In this document: positions 48,067 to 55,857 of the stretch, piece after piece
Layout of the letters: each line of letters begins with the position of its first letter
How positions within the stretch are numbered: the first letter of the stretch is position 1
Source: Bdellovibrio sp. ZAP7
GTDB lineage: Bacteria > Bdellovibrionota_B > Oligoflexia > Oligoflexales > RGVZ01
Assembly (NCBI GenBank): GCA_945900755.1
Contig: CAMDKS010000001.1
Coordinates: 63,491 to 127,490, forward strand
Reading direction: 5' to 3'
DNA: 64,000 bases
The notes under the pieces: model-generated
Databases searched by the model: none
The model's input: only the letters and a program-made list of their open reading frames with translations
Told to the model about the DNA's origin: nothing
Program-made: the position numbers and the translations under genes

Positions 48067-48393
48067 GTGACCAAAATCATCAAAAGAGACCGTCAAACTA
48101 GCTCAGCTGATCTTGTTGCGGCTATCGATAATCTGAATCCTCTGCTTGAAGAGCAAGAAGAGGATGAGGCGGTAGCCCATTTAAAAAAGGCGTCAGCCAC
48201 CCTCAGAACGGCAGCCCTCGGCAGTGACGCCTACAAGGCGGCGATTGAGGACGTGATTGACGCGTTTGAGGGGGACTTAGAGTTGTCCGCGTACACCCAC
48301 TCGCGCAAGGACTCTAAGGAATGGACGGTGGCCGAGCAGCTAGCCATTGCAAGTTGCCGGGTTTTGAATCTTGCTCGTCGTATGAAAGCATAA
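48067..48393 (+). CDS. hypothetical protein
   Basis: 108-aa ORF with GTG start, preceded by GGGAG. It looks helical and acidic. No motif recognised. Confidence 0.4.
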   Translation: MTKIIKRDRQTSSADLVAAIDNLNPLLEEQEEDEAVAHLKKASATLRTAALGSDAYKAAIEDVIDAFEGDLELSAYTHSRKDSKEWTVAEQLAIASCRVLNLARRMKA

Positions 48394-48426
48394 CGTATTC
48401 GTTAGTTAATTTTAGGAAGCAAAAAA

Positions 48427-49500
48427 ATGACAGAAAATAATGCACCAGCAGAAGCAGCACCAATCGAAACCAAGCAAACAATGAAGCAACGCGTTGAAAC
48501 ACAACGTGGAAGCAATGTGCCAATCGACTATTTTTTGTTTACGTGTCTCGAACATGAACGCACTCAGCGCGCTGCGAAAATAGACGACGCCTATGCCAAT
48601 GCTGGACGTTGGCCGATTATGCTTGGCGCAACACTTGAAAGCCTGCCTAATGAATTAAAGGAAATGGACCTTCAAGCGCTGATGAGCCGAATGACGCTGT
48701 GGTATGCGTCCCAGTATCCTGAGATGGTGGAGGAGATTCCGCTCGATCATATCGTTTTAAATCAGATCGTTGCGCCGTTTATGAAATTTACTTTGGATCT
48801 CGCAGATCTTGTGCTCCTTAAAACCGGAACACCATTGCCAGCACACAATGCGCAAACCGACGAAAGCGCGGCGGTTTGGGCTACAATTAAAGGCGTCCTT
48901 AAAGAAGAGTATCCTGGTTACTACGCTTATTTCGGTCGCTTTTTATGTTGGGCATTTGCTGACATCGAACCCGAGGAAATTGAAGAGGGATCTCGTCCGC
49001 CAGTTGGCAAAAATATGCCAAACTTCCGCGGAAATCGTCAACAAATCGGTAGTGGTCCCCCAATTCAAAGACAAGGTTCCGGCGGCCCACGTCATGGCCA
49101 AGGCGGCGGTCAAGGTGGCGGTCAAGGCGGAGGCCAAGGTCCACGATTCGGTCAAGGTGGCGGTCAAGGCGGCCGGGATAATAACCGAGGCCCGCGAGAC
49201 AATAATAACAGGGGGCCACGCGATAATAACCGCGATCAAAATCGTAACGGAAAACCTCGCAACAGCGGCCAAGGTGGTGGCGGTCAGCCTGCTGACTCCG
49301 AAATTGAAAGCCAAGCATTAGCTTCCGTAGATGATGCGATCGCAAAAATTAATTCGGGGGCGGTTGAAGAAGTATTCTTAAAGCCGGTGAATAGCTTTTA
49401 CCGCCGTATTCAGCATCAATATGCTGTCGACAAAGGCTACGAGTCTTGCTCAGTAGGCGACGGCAATGAGCGTGGCGTTAAGGTTGCTAAGAAAAACTAA
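48427..49500 (+). CDS. R3H-domain-like nucleic-acid-binding protein with GGGQ / RGPRDNN low-complexity region
   Basis: 357-aa ORF. The C-terminal LKPVNSFYRRIQHQYAVDKGYESCSVGDGNERGVKV fits the R3H pattern. Residues ~215-290 are Gly/Gln/Arg/Asn repeats. Confidence 0.5.
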   Translation: MTENNAPAEAAPIETKQTMKQRVETQRGSNVPIDYFLFTCLEHERTQRAAKIDDAYANAGRWPIMLGATLESLPNELKEMDLQALMSRMTLWYASQYPEMVEEIPLDHIVLNQIVAPFMKFTLDLADLVLLKTGTPLPAHNAQTDESAAVWATIKGVLKEEYPGYYAYFGRFLCWAFADIEPEEIEEGSRPPVGKNMPNFRGNRQQIGSGPPIQRQGSGGPRHGQGGGQGGGQGGGQGPRFGQGGGQGGRDNNRGPRDNNNRGPRDNNRDQNRNGKPRNSGQGGGGQPADSEIESQALASVDDAIAKINSGAVEEVFLKPVNSFYRRIQHQYAVDKGYESCSVGDGNERGVKVAKKN

Positions 49501-49535
49501 CGCTCGGCCACTGTCGAGCGAATGGACATTATATT

Positions 49536-50321
49536 ATGACGAAAGCTGTTTTTTCCGCACACCCGACCATTGCCATCACAGGGGCATCGGCAGGTATAGG
49601 CGAAGAAACAGCTTTGTTGTTTGCAGAGCGTGGGTGGCGCGTTGTTTTAGGCGCGAGGCGAAGAGATCGCCTTGAAGAAATCGCTAAAAAATTAAAAGCG
49701 GCAGGTGCCCACGACGTCGCAGTCGCAACCCTAGACGTGACCCTTGACGAATCGGTAAAAAAGTTTGCCGAGGTGGTCTGGGGGGCCTGCGGTCATCGGC
49801 TGGACGTTTTGTTTAATAATGCTGGTTTAGCGTTAGGGGTAGATCACGTGGCCAAAGGATCGATGGCCGATTGGCAATCGATGCTGGATACGAACGTGAC
49901 AGGACTATTACGGGTGACCCGTGAATTTCTACCTAAGATGTTAGAAGTGTCTCACGGCCATATTATAAATATGGGAAGTATTGCAGGCCACGTCGTGTAT
50001 GAGGGAGGTAGCGTTTACGCGGCCACTAAACATGCAGTGCGTGCCATCACCAGAACTATTCGACTTGAGGTTAATGGCACCCCGATTCGAGTATCATCCG
50101 TGGATCCTGGCATGGTCGAAACAGATTTCTCTCTAGTAAGATTTAAAGATGACGCAGAACGAGCCAAAAATATTTACAAGGGGGTCACTCCTTTATCAGG
50201 GCGCGATATCGCCGAGTGTGTTTGGTTTGCTGCATCAAGACCAGCCCACGTCAATATCGAAGAAATCGTGTTGATGCCTGTTGATCAGGCCGCTCCTCAC
50301 AAATTGAATAGAAAATCGTAA
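49536..50321 (+). CDS. short-chain dehydrogenase/reductase (YdfG-like)
   Basis: 261-aa ORF with TGASAGIGEE, NNAGL and YAATKHAV (catalytic YxxxK). Confidence 0.8.
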   Translation: MTKAVFSAHPTIAITGASAGIGEETALLFAERGWRVVLGARRRDRLEEIAKKLKAAGAHDVAVATLDVTLDESVKKFAEVVWGACGHRLDVLFNNAGLALGVDHVAKGSMADWQSMLDTNVTGLLRVTREFLPKMLEVSHGHIINMGSIAGHVVYEGGSVYAATKHAVRAITRTIRLEVNGTPIRVSSVDPGMVETDFSLVRFKDDAERAKNIYKGVTPLSGRDIAECVWFAASRPAHVNIEEIVLMPVDQAAPHKLNRKS

Positions 50322-50333
50322 GGAATAAAATTC

Positions 50334-51011
50334 ATGACCATGCCTCGCCCAAAGAAAAAACCGACATCCTCAAAACCATCAGGCTCAAAGCCGTCAGGCT
50401 CAAAGCCGTCAGGCTCAAAAGGTTCGCCAGCGAAAAGGAACTCAAAGGGACCGTATTCTAAAAAAACGGATTCGAAGGTCCCTTCTGCAAAAAAAGCACC
50501 ATCTACAGCTCCAGCAAAGCCGATCAATCCATTTGGCGAAAAAAAGCAAAGTGCCGGAAAAAAATGGGGCTCTGGATCAAAGGCATTCAAAGCCCGTCAA
50601 GAAGACGACGCTTTGGAATTGAAATTATCCGACCGCGATGCGGCACTCGTTAACAACATCAAAGCAAAGCTTCAACAAATTCGCGACTACAAGGCGATTC
50701 TTGCGGAAGACGGACTTAAACCCGATGAAGCTGATAAAGCCAAAGAAAGTGCTCTGATCCAACGCCTGCTTAAAATGGAAAAGGCCGCTAAAATTGAGGC
50801 GCGCCAGCGGGCGAAAGTTGCGAAAACGGAAGCGTTCCGAGAGAATGCCGAAAAAGAGATGTTTGCACGTGAAAAGAAAAAAGGGCGAGCCGACCGCTAT
50901 ACCGGAGAAGATTCCGACGGCAAGGATAAAGATGGAGATGACGATGAAGATTTCCATTCGGATTACGACGAAGAAGACGATCAAGAGGATGATGATCTTG
51001 ACGACGAATAG
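50334..51011 (+). CDS. disordered K/E/D-rich protein
   Basis: 225-aa ORF with SKPSG repeats near the N-terminus and an acidic DDEDDQEDDD tail. No fold-like region. Confidence 0.4.
   Translation: MTMPRPKKKPTSSKPSGSKPSGSKPSGSKGSPAKRNSKGPYSKKTDSKVPSAKKAPSTAPAKPINPFGEKKQSAGKKWGSGSKAFKARQEDDALELKLSDRDAALVNNIKAKLQQIRDYKAILAEDGLKPDEADKAKESALIQRLLKMEKAAKIEARQRAKVAKTEAFRENAEKEMFAREKKKGRADRYTGEDSDGKDKDGDDDEDFHSDYDEEDDQEDDDLDDE
50370..50414 (+). repeat. 3 x 15-nt tandem repeat (SKPSG) inside CDS
   Basis: TCAAAACCATCAGGC / TCAAAGCCGTCAGGC / TCAAAGCCGTCAGGC, followed by a partial fourth unit. Confidence 0.85.
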
Positions 51012-51149
51012 ACCGTGGATTTAAGAGACAAAGTACGCAAAAAAATCGATAACACTCTTTGCTGGCATTGGCATGAGGCGTTGAATGAAATTTTAGAGGC
51101 GTGAAAAAGTAGGCTTCAGGCAGCACCTATCAGCATCAGCCGTGAGCCG

Positions 51150-52173
51150 TTCAAAAATTATCAATGGCCCCCTATTTTATAAAGTATAACCCATCAGAGT
51201 TAGAAGAAATCATCGATGAAGTGTCGCCTACTCCTGCTTACATTGTCATTGATGAAGTGCAGAAAATTCCAATCTGCTCGACGAGGTTCATCGGCTCATT
51301 GAGGAACGAGGACTAATTTTTCTATTGACTGTGAGTAGCGCTCGACGCTTAAAAATGGAGGGCGTAAATTTGCTTGCCGGTCGTGCGTGGATAGCAAACC
51401 TATTCCCCTTAACTTACCGTGAAATAGGTTTAAAAAACTTTAATCTAAATCGCTACTTGCAATTTGGAGGTTTGCCAGCAGTATGGCAGAGTGAGTTTCC
51501 AGAGGAACAGTTAGATGCATATGTCCAAGTCTATTTGACGGAAGAGGTTAAGGCAGAGTCTGCCGTGAGAAAAATGCCAGCATTTGTCGAATTTTTGCGG
51601 TCCAGTGCACTATCAAATGGTCAAGTTTTAAATTACGCCAAATTAGCAAGTGACGCCGGGGTTTCGATACCAACAATTGCAAGCTATTATAAAATTCTTG
51701 AAGACACTTTATTGGGGTTCGAGGTAAGCAGTTGGAGGAAATCAACATCACGAAAAGCGATCACAAAATCCAAATTCTATTTTTTTGATCCGGGCGTTGT
51801 CAATACACTAACAGGAACTGAAAGTATTGATCGCAATTCAAATATTTATGGAAATCTATTTGAGCAGTTCATTGCAATGGAGTTGCGAGCATACATAAGC
51901 TACCGCAGACTTAAGAATCAGCTACAATTTTGGCGAACAGAAGATCAAGTAGAGGTCGATTTTATAATAGGTGGAAAACTCGCCATAGAAGTAAAAACGA
52001 CAAAAAAAATTAGTGCTGATGACCTAAAGGGTCTAAAAACGCTTGCTAAAGAGGGTCTCGTTAAGAAATACGTTGTTGTCAGCCACGATCCAATCGACCG
52101 TAAAACCGGTGAGTTCTACCTATACCATTGGAAGACATTTTTAAAAAAACTTTGGGACGATGAACTTCTATAA
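51150..52173 (+). pseudogene. AAA/DUF4143 ATPase paralog, N-terminally truncated and frameshifted
   Basis: 51325-52173 parallels the C-terminal two-thirds of the 39269 ATPase (SSARRLKMEGVNLLAGRAWIANLFP vs SSARKLKASGVNLLGGRAWISNMFP). Upstream, IVIDEVQKIP continues in another frame, implying 1 nt missing near 51270. No Walker A region is present. Confidence 0.75.
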
Positions 52174-52279
52174 TAGCTATAATAAAAAACCGGCCATGAA
52201 TTCATAAACATTGATTTCTGCGGCACTACAGTAGGTTTTTGGGCTAATAATTGGGATGTATCAATGAAAAGGCTCACTT

Positions 52280-52303
52280 GTCAGCAGCCGCCTAAAGACT
52301 TCA
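52280..52303 (+). repeat. junction motif copy A (GTCAGCAGCCGCCTAAAGACTTCA)
   Basis: Matches copy B at 21 of 24 positions. It lies between the ATPase pseudogene and the abiEii stop. Confidence 0.7.
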
Positions 52304-52325
52304 TTTTCATGGAATTTTGCGTTGC

Positions 52326-53159
52326 TCATCCAGGCTCAACTTTACGAATAGATCGTCGCCACGGTTCTCCTTTCATATGGCTGATGATCTTGTCCTGCAC
52401 GAACTCATGGGCAAGAATAGGATTATAGGTATTCGGCCTGGCCAGCAGAGGATCCATATCACCAAGAAAGCTAGCCTCTTCCATTTTAGCTGCCAGTGTT
52501 TTTTCAAACTCCGCTCGTGACACGGATATTGAGCTACGTTCCATATAACGTTCAAAGCAGCGCAGTAGCTTATCTGTATCGACGTCACGTGAAGACAGGG
52601 CGAGCCACAGATCAAAAAGATCACGACCTTTCTTACGTTGATGAAGGGCGCGTAGCTTTGTGGCAAGCAACTCCTCCAGGTGATAGGTCGGAATTTTGGC
52701 CGTTCCATTGAACCACGGGCTGCTGACGGCATAGCTGTGATGGAAGTATCCAAGTTCTGAAAAATGCTCTCGTGTATTGATCTCGATCTTAAGTCGCATA
52801 GATTGAACTGGCTTGTTCGTGGTTTCAAAACGGTATAGCAGGGTGACACGTCCCTCATTACGCTTGCGCTTTGGTTCTCCCAACCACCCATCTAAAGTGC
52901 TGCGAAGAGCGTCGATGAGGGAGCCGATTTCTCCCGCACGAACTTGTACCAGGTCGATATCCTCAGAATACCGACCTGGTGGATCAAAAATCAATTTATG
53001 CAATGCTGTTCCACCGCGAAAAGCGAGACTTTGATTGATCAGCGGTATGTTAAAAATCTCGACAAGAGCGCGACTCAGAACTAGATCTTGTTCCACCTGG
53101 GCATCAGTTGGCCAAGGAGCTTTCGTGCGCCAATTGGTGATGTATGCTGCAGGGATCAT
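52326..53159 (-). CDS. abiEii: AbiEii/AbiGii-family nucleotidyltransferase toxin (type IV TA / abortive infection)
   Basis: 277-aa ORF. FRGGTALHKLIF...RYSEDIDLV is the hallmark AbiEii N-terminal motif. There is a 4-nt overlap with the upstream antitoxin gene. Confidence 0.8.
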   Translation of the reverse strand: MIPAAYITNWRTKAPWPTDAQVEQDLVLSRALVEIFNIPLINQSLAFRGGTALHKLIFDPPGRYSEDIDLVQVRAGEIGSLIDALRSTLDGWLGEPKRKRNEGRVTLLYRFETTNKPVQSMRLKIEINTREHFSELGYFHHSYAVSSPWFNGTAKIPTYHLEELLATKLRALHQRKKGRDLFDLWLALSSRDVDTDKLLRCFERYMERSSISVSRAEFEKTLAAKMEEASFLGDMDPLLARPNTYNPILAHEFVQDKIISHMKGEPWRRSIRKVEPG

Positions 53160-53944
53160 AGGTCGGTCTCAATTGTTTCATTTGGTACGACACACCAGTT
53201 CTTGTCTGGTGATTTCTCTTTTGATGGCATTTTGGGTGATAGCAATACCGGACGTCTTCGCAATTTTTGGTAATACTCCAAAAGTGGTGCGACTAGTGCT
53301 TTATTATTTGAAAAATTTTCCAGAATAAATCCTAAGCGTTGAACATCTGGAGTTGCATACAACGGAGCCGTTTTTACCAGTTGGTCTGCGTCTAATTTTT
53401 CCTCGAGCTCGGTCAACACGGTTGCAACGTTGTTTAGATGACCTGACGCAGCGGTATACTTAACGAGATCAAAGGCGGTTGTCTCAGGTGTTGCAACTTT
53501 TATGTATCCTGTTTCTGTTTGCATTTTCTTGGTTGGAAAATTTTCAATGTCTTGAGTCATGTGGAAGGAAATATTGATGCTACCTAAATCGATGCTTCGA
53601 GTTGGACGGTCGGTCATAACTTGGAATATCATAGGCTGTTGATGTGCAGCACCATGAAGTGCAGCGGCACTTAAAAGAGCCACATAATAGGGCTGTTTTA
53701 GGTGTGCCATCAGTTCGTCAATAAACCAATTGGCTGGTGGGCTACCTAATGAACGGTATTCTGGACGAACGACCACAAAAAAACCGCGATGTGGGCTGAC
53801 GATACGGTGGCGCTGCTTTAAACGACGAAGGGCCGCTTGAGTTGCAATGTGGGAGCGGTCTGAAGTGAGGTCTTCAAATTTGAAGGTGTAACGCCCTTGT
53901 CCCTGTATTTGATCAATAAAATCGCTTAGTTTTTGATGTGACAC
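53156..53944 (-). CDS. abiEi: AbiEi-family antitoxin/transcriptional regulator
   Basis: 262-aa ORF with GTG start. It has an N-terminal wHTH-like region and YYVALLSAAALHGAAHQQP, typical of AbiEi. It is paired with abiEii. Confidence 0.75.
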   Translation of the reverse strand: MSHQKLSDFIDQIQGQGRYTFKFEDLTSDRSHIATQAALRRLKQRHRIVSPHRGFFVVVRPEYRSLGSPPANWFIDELMAHLKQPYYVALLSAAALHGAAHQQPMIFQVMTDRPTRSIDLGSINISFHMTQDIENFPTKKMQTETGYIKVATPETTAFDLVKYTAASGHLNNVATVLTELEEKLDADQLVKTAPLYATPDVQRLGFILENFSNNKALVAPLLEYYQKLRRRPVLLSPKMPSKEKSPDKNWCVVPNETIETDL

Positions 53945-54041
53945 AGTAATTTATCCATTTCAACTGCGAAAAATAACGATTTTTATCTGATAATGCATTC
54001 AATTCGGACAAATTGGCCGTCCCACTTATAAATAATAACAT

Positions 54042-54079
54042 AAAATGTTAGTTTTTGCCAATATAATGGCAAACATTTT
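54042..54079. promoter_or_regulatory. imperfect palindrome upstream of abiEi (operator candidate)
   Basis: AAAATGTT-agttt-TTGCCA-atataa-TGGCAA-ACATTTT. The outer 8-nt and inner 6-nt arms are complementary. It lies ~100 nt upstream of the abiEi start. Confidence 0.4.
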
Positions 54080-54110
54080 GTTTTACCCCCTTAACCACTT
54101 CGAGTGGGGT

Positions 54111-54148
54111 GTTAGCAGCCGCCTAATGACTACAGTATTTGACCTACA
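54111..54148 (+). repeat. junction motif copy B (38 nt)
   Basis: GTTAGCAGCCGCCTAATGACTACAGTATTTGACCTACA. It matches reverse-complemented copy D at 35 of 38 positions. Confidence 0.8.
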
Positions 54149-54380
54149 AAGAGTTAAGCCGAGGGCTATGGCCAGGTGCCGTCACAGGTAATTGAGGGAT
54201 GAGCTCCCGAGAATTTATCCGCCGCTAGCTTTCTTCCAATTTGTCTCCGGCTGTTAGGAAATGTTCCGTTTTTTTTCAAATGAACGCCGTACTAGCACTA
54301 TTTACGGCAATTTATTTATTGAATAATTCCAAACCAAAGTAAACGTACAGCAATGAATGCTAACGTTATCCAAAATAGTC

Positions 54381-54409
54381 TTGACATGGTCATCTAGAGA
54401 CCATATTGT
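54381..54409 (+). promoter_or_regulatory. sigma70-like promoter with palindromic operator in the spacer (phd-vapC)
   Basis: TTGACA at 54381-54386 and TATTGT at 54404-54409. The 17-nt spacer TGGTCATCTAGAGACCA is a near-perfect palindrome. GGGAG RBS precedes the ATG at 54430. Confidence 0.6.
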
Positions 54410-54429
54410 ACATTCAGGGAGCTTAAGAT

Positions 54430-54690
54430 ATGAAAAAAGTGAATATCTCAAAAATTAAAGCTGAATTAAGCAAATATCTACGCTTTGTTAAAGCCGGCGA
54501 AGACGTATTGATTATGGACCGTGATCAGCCGGTTGCCAAAATTGTTGGTATTAAGCCAGAGTCGGCATTGCACATCAAAGAGCCGTCGAGAGATCTGAAA
54601 TCAGTCCTCATGCAAGCCGATAAACGCCCTTTTACTGAAAAAATGGATATTTTAGACGTCCTTCTCCTAGATCGTGAGGACCGAGTTTAG
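54430..54690 (+). CDS. Phd/YefM-type antitoxin
   Basis: 86-aa ORF. ISKIKAELSKYLRFVKAGEDVLIMDRDQPVAKIV fits the Phd/YefM N-terminal fold pattern. Its stop overlaps the vapC GTG by 1 nt. Confidence 0.7.
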   Translation: MKKVNISKIKAELSKYLRFVKAGEDVLIMDRDQPVAKIVGIKPESALHIKEPSRDLKSVLMQADKRPFTEKMDILDVLLLDREDRV

Positions 54691-55121
54691 TGGTCACGGT
54701 AAGTCCAACCTCCTATTTTGATTCGTCGGTTTTGCTTCGCTACGTGATTGGCCACGAACAGTCGATACAAAATCTTACGCCTTATAGCAAAGGCGCTGTG
54801 ACCAGTGCAATCACGGCAATTGAGTGTTTGCGAGTCCTCGATCGTTGGCGTATCACTAAAGAAATTAACGATGAAAGACTGATTTCTGCGAGAAGTCTAT
54901 GTTTGCAAATTCTGAGCGGACTCAGAATTATCGCAGTGGACGACCACGTTGTGTCCATGGCTAGTCAAACATTTCCAATCGCGATGAAGTCGCTCGATGC
55001 TATCCATCTCGCTTCGGCTCTTCACTTTCAGAATCAAAGTGGAGTAAAAGTTTTGCTCTTAACCCATGACATTAAATTGCAAATGGCCGCAACCGCGTTT
55101 GACATGGACGTCTTCAGTTAG
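54690..55121 (+). CDS. vapC: PIN-domain toxin (VapC-like)
   Basis: 143-aa ORF with GTG start. It has an N-terminal acidic YFDSSVLL and SLDAIHLASAL, as in PIN domains. Confidence 0.75.
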   Translation: MVTVSPTSYFDSSVLLRYVIGHEQSIQNLTPYSKGAVTSAITAIECLRVLDRWRITKEINDERLISARSLCLQILSGLRIIAVDDHVVSMASQTFPIAMKSLDAIHLASALHFQNQSGVKVLLLTHDIKLQMAATAFDMDVFS

Positions 55122-55132
55122 CAGATGTTAAT

Positions 55133-55462
55133 TTGAACCGACTCCAGAAAATTGCTTTCGAAGGGCTCATTGTAAAACCGGCAAGGTTAAGTGGGTCCGA
55201 AGTCGCATTTATCAGATCTTATATGGGCTACACTCAAGCTCAATTTGCGCAACTTCTCAATTTGGCCAATCATTCTATTGTATCGATATGGGAAAAAAAG
55301 GACCTTAAAGGTACTGGAATGGATTTCAATACCGAGATCTTTCTCAGGTTAAATATGGCACGAACAATTCGTAAGGCTCTGGTAAATCAGGTTTTGGAGA
55401 ACTATGGATCCTCAGCCGATATTGGAGCTAAACCAGAACCGATACGGCTCTCTGTTGCTTGA
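55133..55462 (+). CDS. MqsA/YgiT-like HTH protein, paralog of 43209-43652
   Basis: 109-aa ORF with TTG start. The HTH core LSGSEVAFIRSYMGYTQAQFAQLLNLANHSIVSIWEK shares 23 of 38 residues with the 43209 protein (hand alignment). Confidence 0.55.
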   Translation: MNRLQKIAFEGLIVKPARLSGSEVAFIRSYMGYTQAQFAQLLNLANHSIVSIWEKKDLKGTGMDFNTEIFLRLNMARTIRKALVNQVLENYGSSADIGAKPEPIRLSVA

Positions 55463-55469
55463 AAATGGC

Positions 55470-55490
55470 GTTAGCTGCCGCCTGTTAGCA
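55470..55490 (+). repeat. junction motif copy C (GTTAGCTGCCGCCTGTTAGCA)
   Basis: It starts 8 nt after the HTH gene stop and carries GTTAGC twice. Its first 15 nt are complementary to copy D at 14 of 15 positions. Confidence 0.7.
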
Positions 55491-55545
55491 CCACGCACTC
55501 CATGGAACAATCGAAACACCATCGGGACATTTTGAAAAATTGCAT

Positions 55546-55767
55546 CTACCGGTCCATTAACTTCGCCACAAGTGTCGTCTTGCCGGACTGCCGCATCCCG
55601 ACGACTCCCACGACCGGCCAGAAACGTAGATATTTATTGAGTTTAGTTTGGGCCAATCTTTTTCGGAGATGAGGCACATTCTTCCAATCAGAGTTATAAC
55701 TTATTCTCAGATTTTTGGGAATTATCGTCTTTATGAACTTCAACGATCCCAATCCCCTGTAGGTCAA
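55546..55767 (-). pseudogene. N-terminal fragment of a P-loop ATPase (AAA/DUF4143-type)
   Basis: 73-aa ORF with TTG start that stops right after Walker A (VVGVVGMRQSGKTTLVAKL). No downstream ATPase sequence follows. Confidence 0.6.
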
Positions 55768-55795
55768 ATACTGTAGTTTTCAGGCGGCTGCTAAC
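55758..55795 (-). repeat. junction motif copy D (38 nt, inverted)
   Basis: Its reverse complement is GTTAGCAGCCGCCTGAAAACTACAGTATTTGACCTACA. It includes the TTG start and first codons of the ATPase fragment. Confidence 0.8.
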
Positions 55796-55857
55796 AAGGG
55801 TCGTAGATTAGTTTAGCTCAGCTGGAAGTCTTGCAGGGTCTAGGCCCCCCGAGAGCT

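Noticed and set aside
48809-49345. Three 120-170-aa ORFs on both strands across the GGGQ repeat DNA
   Set aside because: They are repeat-driven open frames overlapping the better-supported R3H-like gene, and none has its own RBS or motif.
33842-50414. Tandem repeats (33842-33883, 36240-36269, 49081-49290, 50370-50414) as possible CRISPR or non-coding arrays
   Set aside because: All are short, in-frame and lie inside coding sequences without unique spacers. No CRISPR-like repeat-spacer structure occurs anywhere in the window.
52373-52891. 172-aa minus-strand ORF in another frame of abiEii
   Set aside because: It is nested out of frame in a gene with clear AbiEii motifs.
51150-55767. The ATPase C-terminal pseudogene and the inverted N-terminal stub as halves of one gene split by a single inversion
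   Set aside because: The geometry would fit. However, the stub's Walker A context (GMRQSGKTT) differs from the intact paralog (GPRSTGKST) that the C-terminal piece resembles. Joining the two ends by hand does not give an open, ATPase-like reading frame.
52280-55795. Interpreting the junction motif copies as integron attC sites of a cassette array
   Set aside because: GTTAGCA only loosely fits GTTRRRY. The conserved sequence lies downstream, not upstream, of the putative crossover. I could not find paired R''/R' inverse cores 60-140 nt apart; the only inverted pair, C-D, is ~300 nt apart. No integrase or attI is in the window. It is kept as an unexplained repeat instead.
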